Below, in pieces: positions 31,027 to 38,520 of a stretch of 64,000 bases of DNA. Under the pieces are notes generated by a model. That model was given only the letters and a program-made list of their open reading frames with translations, did not search any database and was not told the origin of the DNA. The DNA comes from Bacteroidales bacterium (GTDB taxonomy: Bacteria > Bacteroidota > Bacteroidia > Bacteroidales > UBA7960): contig SLCY01000087.1 of NCBI GenBank assembly GCA_007125585.1, forward strand, positions 2,644-66,643. The letters run 5' to 3'. Every line of letters starts with the position of its first letter. Position 1 is the stretch's first letter. The position numbers and the translations under genes are program-made.

Positions 31027-32628
31027 ATGAAAAACATTGCCACCTTCATTTTGTCTGTCATCTTTCCCATTGTCATCATCACCATTGTGCTTCGTGATGC
31101 GAGCAAAGACAACATCCTGCTGGAGGCGCTGAAGGAGGAGCACTCCATCCCGCATGTGCCGTCTGTTGACCACAGCAAGCATGCGGATCTGCAGCGCGAT
31201 TTTGACAATCCCCATGAGGTCACCGCCACATGTATATCCTGCCATACCGAACGAGGGGACGAGGTGTTGTCCAACGCCCACTGGAACTGGGAGCGGGAGG
31301 CTTACATCGAGGGACGGGGCGTGACCTATTTGGGCAAGAAAAACCTCATCAACAATTTTTGCACGGGCATCCTGTCGAATGAGGCAACCTGTAACCGTTG
31401 CCATATAGGTTATGGCTGGTTTGATGACCGTTTTGACCACGGCAACCCTTACAATATCGATTGTTTGATCTGTCATGACAACAGTGGCTTGTACGACAAG
31501 GCCCGGGGAGGCGCCGGCTATCCGGTCCCGGGCCTCGACCTGCAAACCATTGTCCAGCAGGTAGGGCGACCGGAGAAGGATAATTGCGGTTACTGTCATT
31601 TTTACGGCGGTGGTGGCAACAACGTAAAGCACGGCGACCTGGAAAGCGCGCTGCTGCATGCATCCTGGGACGTAGATGTTCACATGTCGGCCGAAGGTGC
31701 CAGCCTGGAATGCATCGACTGCCATCAGACCACCAATCACCAGATGCTTGGAAGGTATTACGGCGTTTCGAGCGACAACACGATGCGCGCCACCTGTGAG
31801 GACTGTCACACCGCCCTGCCCCATGTTGAAAAAACGCTCAACGAACATGCGGTAAAGGTGGCCTGCCAGACATGTCACATCCCCGTGTATGCCAAGGTGA
31901 ACCCCACCAAGATGCATTGGGACTGGTCAACGGCTACCGACAGGTTGGACGGAGAACCCTACGAGGTCCTCGACACTCTTGGAAACCTGTTGTATACTTC
32001 TATCAAAGGGGAGTTTCACTGGCGCCAGAATGCCGCGCCAGACTATCTCTGGTTCAATGGCACAGCCGACCATCACCTGATCTCCGACATCATTGGCGAA
32101 AATGACACCATGATCTATATCAACACCTTGTTTGGAGATGCCACCGATCCTAACGCCCGCATTTATCCCGTCAAGATACATACAGGTCGTCAACCCTACG
32201 ACACAGAGCACAGGACCATCATACAGGCAAAGCTCTGGGATGCAGACCCCGGCATGGGTGCACTGTGGGTCGACCTGGACTGGGACGAAGCCCTTGCTGC
32301 AGGAATGGAATACGTCGGGATGCCTTTCTCCGGCAATTACGATTTCATCGACTCCAGGATGTTTCTCAGGATAAACCATATGGTGTCGCCGGCAGATCAG
32401 GCATTGCAGTGCGAAGACTGCCATACGCGCTCAGGCGGAAGGCTTGAGGGGATCGAAGGCGTTTACATACCGGCACAAACCACCCATGCAGCCATCGACC
32501 ATTTTGGGATCCTGCTGTTGCTGTTTTCCTTTGCTGGTGTTGTGATTCATGCATCGCTACGCTATCTTGCATGGAGGAAAAGAGTAAAAAAAACACCTGA
32601 CCTGATTCAAAAAACGATGAACCGATGA
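31027..32628 (+). CDS. otr: Octaheme c-type cytochrome, tetrathionate reductase (Otr) family
   Basis: Eight CxxCH motifs (CISCH, CNRCH, CLICH, CGYCH, CIDCH, CEDCH, CQTCH, CEDCH); HWNW and GKKNLINNFC segments; N- and C-terminal TM helices. Confidence 0.88.
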   Translation: MKNIATFILSVIFPIVIITIVLRDASKDNILLEALKEEHSIPHVPSVDHSKHADLQRDFDNPHEVTATCISCHTERGDEVLSNAHWNWEREAYIEGRGVTYLGKKNLINNFCTGILSNEATCNRCHIGYGWFDDRFDHGNPYNIDCLICHDNSGLYDKARGGAGYPVPGLDLQTIVQQVGRPEKDNCGYCHFYGGGGNNVKHGDLESALLHASWDVDVHMSAEGASLECIDCHQTTNHQMLGRYYGVSSDNTMRATCEDCHTALPHVEKTLNEHAVKVACQTCHIPVYAKVNPTKMHWDWSTATDRLDGEPYEVLDTLGNLLYTSIKGEFHWRQNAAPDYLWFNGTADHHLISDIIGENDTMIYINTLFGDATDPNARIYPVKIHTGRQPYDTEHRTIIQAKLWDADPGMGALWVDLDWDEALAAGMEYVGMPFSGNYDFIDSRMFLRINHMVSPADQALQCEDCHTRSGGRLEGIEGVYIPAQTTHAAIDHFGILLLLFSFAGVVIHASLRYLAWRKRVKKTPDLIQKTMNR

Positions 32629-33284
32629 AGAAAGTGTATTTGTACACCCGCTATGAGCGCTTTTGGCACTGGACACAGGCTTTCCTTATATTGTTCCTGG
32701 CACTTACAGGATTTGAAATACATGGTTCCTACCGTTTGTTTGGTTTTGAGAACGCCGTTCTTCTGCACAACAATGCAGCATGGATATTGATTGTTTTGAT
32801 CATCTTCACGATCTTCTGGCATTTTACCACAGGCGAGTGGCGGCAATACGTGCCAACCAGCAAAAACCTCAAAGCCCAGGTAGCCTACTATGTCACAGGG
32901 ATCTTCCGTAACACCCCCCACCCCACCAAAAAAACAAGCCTCAGCAAGTTAAATCCCATGCAGCGCCTGGTCTACCTTGGCCTGAAGATCATCTTTATCC
33001 CGGTAATGGTACTTTCGGGACTCGCATACATGTTTTACCGTGTTCAGATTGACGGTGCCATCCAGTCACCGGGACTCTACGACCTGTACCTGGTTTCAGC
33101 GATCCATACCCTGGGGGCTTATATCTTGCTGGCGTTTGTAATTGTACACATTTACCTGATCACGACCGGCCATACCCTCACATCCAACCTCAGGGCCATG
33201 GTCACCGGCTGGGAAGAGCTGGAAGAAGAGCCATTGCAGGAGGCGGAGAGGGAGGTGCGGCGGCAGGACATAAAATCAAAATGA
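32625..33284 (+). CDS. Membrane di-heme cytochrome b (PhsC/FdnI-like quinol-interacting subunit)
   Basis: YERFWHW, TGFEIH, LH, KLNPMQRLVY, IH...VHIY; 4 TM; ATGA overlap with otr. Confidence 0.85.
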   Translation: MKKVYLYTRYERFWHWTQAFLILFLALTGFEIHGSYRLFGFENAVLLHNNAAWILIVLIIFTIFWHFTTGEWRQYVPTSKNLKAQVAYYVTGIFRNTPHPTKKTSLSKLNPMQRLVYLGLKIIFIPVMVLSGLAYMFYRVQIDGAIQSPGLYDLYLVSAIHTLGAYILLAFVIVHIYLITTGHTLTSNLRAMVTGWEELEEEPLQEAEREVRRQDIKSK

Positions 33285-33410
33285 TAAACAGATAAAGATG
33301 TTGATGGATCATTTCTGCAATTCAAAACCCCAGACCGCATGCACACCGGAAATGATCCGGATGCGAAACCCCGGTTCAATAAAACAACGGATAAAACCTA
33401 ACACAACACC

Positions 33411-34490
33411 ATGACTGCCGCAAAACACAAAATGCAACTGTACATGTTCATCCTGCTTTTCATGCTCACAGCATGCAGCAGCACCCGCCAGCCAAATGGG
33501 CCCGCCCCTTCCAAAGAAGAGACAGTCGAACTGCTGAATTATCTTGAGGAGAACGGCAACCTGTTGAACAGCCCGTATCTGCCATCCCTGGTCAATGCCG
33601 GGAACCTGTATCACAGTTTGCATGGGGCCAACATACAGATCATCGACCTGCGCCCTGCCGACGAGTTTGCTGCCAGCCATATTGAACACAGTGTCAACGT
33701 GAGGCCTTCCGGTATCCTCAATCATTTCGAACAGGTGATAGACCCCGGCAGTTTTGACTTCATCGTGCTGGTGTGCCCCAATGCAATGCTCAGCGCCTAT
33801 GTCAATTCCGTATTGTTATTGCTGGGCTATGACAACGTGCTCACCCTGCGCTTTGGCCTGAGCTCATGGGACCATGGCATCGCGGAAGGACACTGGCTGG
33901 CGGCCCTGAGCTCGCACCTGGAGGGGAAGCTGGAAACACAACCCATCCCCAAACCACCTGCCGGGGAGTTGCCCGCCATTGGCACAGGAGAAACAAACGG
34001 ATACCGTATCCTGAGAGCCAGGGCCACCAAGATCTTGAATGCCAGGCTTGACGAAATCAACGTCAGCCTGGAAGAAGTAACAGACGACCCCGAAAAATAT
34101 TTTCTTATAAACTACTGGCCTGAAGTATTATACAACAGCGGCCACCTGCCCGGGGCAATACAGTACACACCAAAAACCTCATTGCACACTACGCAACACC
34201 TGAAAACTTTGCCGGCAGACCAACCCATCGCCATATACTGCTTTACCGGCCATCACAGTGCATATGTCACCTCGTTTCTGAGGTTGCTCGGCTATGATGC
34301 TTACAACCTTCCCTATGGTGCCAATTCATTTATCCACAATACAATGTACACCACCCAGGGTGGGTTTCGTGCCTTTACCGAAGAGAGTGTACACCATTTC
34401 CCCCTGGTGGGCAAAGGGTCTGCGGACAGGCGGCCGGAGCTTGAAACAGATGAAACAGAGGAGGGGGTTCCGGTCATCGGTGGCTGCTAG
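33411..34490 (+). CDS. Tandem-rhodanese lipoprotein with C-terminal PVIGGC
   Basis: Lipobox LTAC; IIDLR...F..SHI..SVN and YNSGHLPGA rhodanese motifs; active-site Cys in both domains (VC, YC). Confidence 0.85.
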   Translation: MTAAKHKMQLYMFILLFMLTACSSTRQPNGPAPSKEETVELLNYLEENGNLLNSPYLPSLVNAGNLYHSLHGANIQIIDLRPADEFAASHIEHSVNVRPSGILNHFEQVIDPGSFDFIVLVCPNAMLSAYVNSVLLLLGYDNVLTLRFGLSSWDHGIAEGHWLAALSSHLEGKLETQPIPKPPAGELPAIGTGETNGYRILRARATKILNARLDEINVSLEEVTDDPEKYFLINYWPEVLYNSGHLPGAIQYTPKTSLHTTQHLKTLPADQPIAIYCFTGHHSAYVTSFLRLLGYDAYNLPYGANSFIHNTMYTTQGGFRAFTEESVHHFPLVGKGSADRRPELETDETEEGVPVIGGC

Positions 34491-34661
34491 GTGGGTGCAG
34501 GTCGGTGCCATTCACAAGCACCCCCGGCCAGATAACCGGCAGCCGCCCCCTGGCGACACCAATCCCTGGACCCCGGTGACCACCAATGATGCTGAAGTCA
34601 GTATAACATAAATAAAAAGCGGGATTGACAACAAACAATAAACATCAAAAATTCATTCCAG

Positions 34662-35177
34662 ATGCGTCATATTCGAACCAATTACATGAACCCTTACCTG
34701 GCCGGATTCCTTCTGGGCCTGGTATTGCTGGCTTCTTTTGTGGTCAGCGGCCGGGGTCTCGGTGCCAGTGGCGCCGCAAAGAGCGTGGTCATATCTGCCG
34801 TGGCTTCATCAGCCCCTGACTATGCTGAACAATCGGCCTTTTATGCTGATTATTTCCAGGGCAGCAACCCCATGGGCTCCTGGCTTGTCTTTTTGGCTGT
34901 GGGCATGATCATGGGAGCCTTTCTCAGCGGAGCCATTGCCAACAGGCTTGGCTTCAAGACGGAGCACGGCCCGCGCATCAGCGTCCGGACACGTTTGCTT
35001 TTCGCATTGGGGGGCGGACTGCTCTTCGGGCTGGGTGCGCAATTCGGCCGGGGGTGTACCAGCGGCTCCGCACTCAGCGGCATGGCCGTGCTGTCATCCG
35101 GCGGACTGCTTACCATGATGGCCATATTCGGCACCGGTTACCTCATCGCTTATTTCTTCAGAAAACTGTGGACATAA
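34662..35177 (+). CDS. YeeE/YedE (TsuA/PmpA-like) sulfur-compound transporter half
   Basis: NPYLAG..LG, GRGLGASG, GAFLS, GRGCTSG motif. Confidence 0.85.
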   Translation: MRHIRTNYMNPYLAGFLLGLVLLASFVVSGRGLGASGAAKSVVISAVASSAPDYAEQSAFYADYFQGSNPMGSWLVFLAVGMIMGAFLSGAIANRLGFKTEHGPRISVRTRLLFALGGGLLFGLGAQFGRGCTSGSALSGMAVLSSGGLLTMMAIFGTGYLIAYFFRKLWT

Positions 35178-35193
35178 CAAAAAAACAGAACCC

Positions 35194-36420
35194 ATGGCAC
35201 CATTGATACCACAAGGGCTGATAAACCCCGAACTCAATCTCTTCTTCGCCCTGCTGATCGGCATCGGCTTCGGTTATGTCCTCGAACAGGCCGGGTTCTC
35301 CTCGGCCAAAAAACTCGCCGGCGTATTCTACGGATATGACTTCGTTGTGCTGCGCGTCTTCTTCACCGCCGGCATCACCGCCATGACAGGCCTGCTATTT
35401 TTTGGCTACCTGGGATGGATAGACATGGACCTGGTCTTTGTCAACCCGACCTTTCTTTACTCAGCCATCACGGGAGGGGTGATCATGGGATTCGGCTTCG
35501 TGCTTGGCGGCTACTGTCCGGGGACCAGCATCGTGGCCGCCGTTACAGGCAAAAAAGATGCCATGGTATTTCTGGCCGGCATGCTTGCCGGGATATTCCT
35601 CTTCGGGCACTTTTATCATGACTTTGAACCGTTATACACCGGCCACTTCCTGGGAAACATCTTTGTTTATGACTCTCTCGGAATGTCAAGGGCATGGTTC
35701 GCCCTGCTGCTTGTGATCGTCGCTTTGCTGGCATTCATTATCACACAGATGATAGAGGACAAGGTAAACAAAACAGCATCCGATAAGATCAAAGAAAGGC
35801 CATCCTACAAAATGCCCTCCATGCTGCTGCTCACCGCGATGGTTGTCTTTCTTTTCCTTCCCGGAGAAAGGAGCAGCAACATCCGGGAAAGGAATCCCGG
35901 GGAACTGATAGAAAAGATCGATGCAGGCAAGCCATATGTCAGCAGCCACCGTGTGATCCTTGAGATAAAAAACGGACGCGATGAACTGGTGCTTATAGAT
36001 ACCCGTCAGCAAGCCGAATACGAACGTTTTACGCTTCCCGGCGCCGTTCACATCCCGCCACATGACATCCTGCAAAGACGATGGGGGCCATTGTTCAGAA
36101 AAGACCTGCGGCCAAAAATCTTTTTCTCCAACGGCAGCAGCAACGCCATGATGGCTTATTTGACAGCAGCCAGGGCGGGTTATGACAATGTGTTCATCAT
36201 GGACGGGGGGTTGAACAAACTGTTTCAGGAACTTTTTACCGATACCGCAATCCCCGACACCACAGCCTATAACCTCCAAGACAGGTCTAACGCAAGGTTC
36301 CTGTACGAAGCAAGGCAATTTTTCCTTGAAGGGGGTGTCGCTGCAAAAGAGAAAGAAGAACGGCCCAGAATAAAGGCCCCGGAAGAATCGGAGATCATCC
36401 CGGTAATTGGTGGCTGTTGA
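35194..36420 (+). CDS. YeeE/YedE half fused to a rhodanese-like domain, C-terminal PVIGGC
   Basis: GFGYVLEQAGF, GGYCPGT; C-terminal LIDTR...Y..FTLPGAVHIP...MDGG. Confidence 0.85.
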   Translation: MAPLIPQGLINPELNLFFALLIGIGFGYVLEQAGFSSAKKLAGVFYGYDFVVLRVFFTAGITAMTGLLFFGYLGWIDMDLVFVNPTFLYSAITGGVIMGFGFVLGGYCPGTSIVAAVTGKKDAMVFLAGMLAGIFLFGHFYHDFEPLYTGHFLGNIFVYDSLGMSRAWFALLLVIVALLAFIITQMIEDKVNKTASDKIKERPSYKMPSMLLLTAMVVFLFLPGERSSNIRERNPGELIEKIDAGKPYVSSHRVILEIKNGRDELVLIDTRQQAEYERFTLPGAVHIPPHDILQRRWGPLFRKDLRPKIFFSNGSSNAMMAYLTAARAGYDNVFIMDGGLNKLFQELFTDTAIPDTTAYNLQDRSNARFLYEARQFFLEGGVAAKEKEERPRIKAPEESEIIPVIGGC

Positions 36421-36541
36421 AAAAATAATGAACAGATAAGCCGGGGACTGGCTGCAACACGAACTGCCGGCAGATGATCAACGGATGGCGGGTTCCGGGT
36501 GGCTGGTTCAACAGAAAATCAAAGGATAAAAAGATAACCAT

Positions 36542-37144
36542 ATGAAGAATCAAACACTCAACGACAGCACGTTGCTTTTTTTCTCAATCATTATGCTGGC
36601 CGTGGTATTTGCCCTTTTCACCTCGGGAAAGTATGGTGCCAGCAACCGGCAGGTTGTGGACAAATTACAAGACAACGTGTTCATCTCCTATGAAAGCCTT
36701 TACACCTGGCATTCATCGGACAGTAAGGAAAGAGACCAGCTGGTGGTGGACCTGCGTCCCCCGGAAGAGTACCGTGAAGGACATCTCGCCGGTGCAGTGA
36801 ATATTCCGTTCGCTGACCTTTTGGATCGCAGTCACAGGAGAACATTGAAAACCAACAGTCCGGTGTGGCTCTATGCCGGGCATGAACACGTTTCCGTGGC
36901 GGCGTTAACGCTCCTTTTGGGTCAGGGTTTTGAGAATGTGCAGGTGATCCCGGGAAATTTCCAGGCCATCAAACAACATGTCGTGGAAAGCTTTGACCCT
37001 TCGCGGGCTTTTTACCGTGATGACAAAGCACGCTGGGACCATCAGCGGTTCATGCCGCTTGGCATCACCAAGGAACCAGACCGGAAACCGTCTCCCGCCA
37101 TCCCCGCCCCACCGGAAGAAACACCTGTACCCGGCGGTTGCTGA
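36542..37144 (+). CDS. Membrane-anchored rhodanese-like protein with Pro-rich linker and C-terminal PVPGGC
   Basis: N-terminal TM; VVDLRPPEEYREGHLAGAVNIP; the only Cys is the terminal residue. Confidence 0.82.
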   Translation: MKNQTLNDSTLLFFSIIMLAVVFALFTSGKYGASNRQVVDKLQDNVFISYESLYTWHSSDSKERDQLVVDLRPPEEYREGHLAGAVNIPFADLLDRSHRRTLKTNSPVWLYAGHEHVSVAALTLLLGQGFENVQVIPGNFQAIKQHVVESFDPSRAFYRDDKARWDHQRFMPLGITKEPDRKPSPAIPAPPEETPVPGGC

Positions 37145-37242
37145 CGGTCCGGCTTTTTCATTGCCGGAAACCGGAGAATCATCGACAGCTCCGGCAATTT
37201 AAAGAAAAGAACAACATATGGGGTGGCCATCCCCCGCGGGAG

Positions 37243-37953
37243 TCAAAAAATGGCCTCGTCATCCATTTCCCCGTCCATATTCGCTTTCCCCTCCTTCATA
37301 TATTCCCGCATTGTTTGAAAAAACGCTTCGTCAATTGACAAGGCCTTTTCCAGGTCCTTCATTGCCTCATTTTTCTGACCGCGGCCAAAAGCTGCCTCTG
37401 CCCGCGCCATCAGAGCCACAGCATGTTTCTTGTCAAGATCCAGGGCAACGTTCAGGGATTCATTCGCCTTGTTGAACTCTTTCATGAAAAGTGCAACCAC
37501 CCCTTTCCCAAACCAGGCACATGCACACTTTTTATCAATATCAGCCGATTTTTCAAAACATTCCTTCGCCTCAGCATATTTTTCAAGGATCAGATACAAT
37601 CCGCCCATGTCGCACCAGGCCTCACCATTGCCGGGTTCAATCTTTGTTACCGCCTTCAGGTCTTTCAGGGCAAGGCTGTAATTCTCGTTGGCACCATGCA
37701 CCAAAGCCCTGGTATGAAAAGCATCAGGGTTCTTCCCATCTGCTTCAATCAACGCCGAGAGGTCTTCAAGGGCAGCCTCATAGTCTGAGGCCCTGAACGA
37801 AGCACATGCACGGCCATACAATGCCGACATGTTCTTTCCTGAATCAAGGATCCCATGGAACAAAGCAATGGCATCTTCAAACTTCCCGCTGTAAAACCTG
37901 TCCCAAGCCCGCTGCAAAGCAGCTGTCTCTTCTGATTTCGATTGTTTTGCCAT
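37243..37953 (-). CDS. Tetratricopeptide repeat protein
   Basis: Several 34-aa TPR-like units (A.Y.RA...YEAALEDL; AW..MG..Y..LEKYAEAKECFEKS). Confidence 0.85.
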   Translation of the reverse strand: MAKQSKSEETAALQRAWDRFYSGKFEDAIALFHGILDSGKNMSALYGRACASFRASDYEAALEDLSALIEADGKNPDAFHTRALVHGANENYSLALKDLKAVTKIEPGNGEAWCDMGGLYLILEKYAEAKECFEKSADIDKKCACAWFGKGVVALFMKEFNKANESLNVALDLDKKHAVALMARAEAAFGRGQKNEAMKDLEKALSIDEAFFQTMREYMKEGKANMDGEMDDEAIF

Positions 37954-38108
37954 GTTAACGTATGGTGTTATTGACCCATCAATTCGGGATATGGATGAAT
38001 TGTGATGGCCAATACAAATGTACATGTTATTTTTTTTTATGTAAAATCACACACAGACGAATGAAAAAAATCTTAAGATCTTTCACCCGATCGTTGCTTG
38101 TTTATTAA

Positions 38109-38303
38109 TGTTTGTCATTTGTCGAAAGGTCAAAGAGGTTGAAGGGTTTAAAGGTTTATGGGTTGAAGGGTTTAAAAGTTTATGGGTTGAAGGGTTTAAA
38201 AGTTTAGGGGTTGAAGGGTTTAAAGGTTTATGGGTTGAAGGGTTTAAAAGTTTAAAAGCCAATAGCTAACAGCCAAAAGCTTCGTTCCATCGTTCCTTCG
38301 TTC
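38109..38303. repeat. Modular intergenic repeat element, copy 1 (5 x 24-bp tandem at 38137-38256, then 7-mers, then 8-mers)
   Basis: GGTTGAAGGGTTTAAARGTTTA.. x5, then AGCCAAT/AGCTAAC/AGCCAAA, then TTCGTTCC/ATCGTTCC; inverted homologue at 63392-63544. Confidence 0.9.
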
Positions 38304-38448
38304 TTCCCTCATCCGTCAACACACAAAATGCTGGTGGCTTTTTACAGGAGAAATACAAAGCATTATTCAACCCAGAACAACTTCCGGCGCCTGAACAAAT
38401 TTTATGCTATTTTTGTATAAACAGAGACAACATGGTTTGTTTGTTTGT

Positions 38449-38487
38449 TGTTCCATCGTTCATTCGTTCCATCGTTCCTTCGTTCCA
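38449..38487. repeat. Second run of (A/T)TCGTTCC 8-mers upstream of sucA
   Basis: GTTCCATCGTTCATTCGTTCCATCGTTCCTTCGTTCCA. Confidence 0.7.
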
Positions 38488-38520
38488 CCGCAATTCTACT
38501 TAAACCCTGCATAACCCACC

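Noticed and set aside
31024..31917. 297-aa minus-strand ORF
   Set aside because: Antisense shadow of the octaheme cytochrome
36412..37170. Selenocysteine read-through (GGC-UGA) at two rhodanese C-termini
   Set aside because: The third paralogous tail ends in TAG; no SECIS-like hairpin follows 36420; the hairpin after 37144 fits an end-of-operon structure; no sel genes seen. Cannot be fully excluded without a selABCD search
38137..38256. 24-bp x5 array as a CRISPR
   Set aside because: Units are contiguous with no unique spacers, have an internal 8-bp period, and no cas genes are in the window
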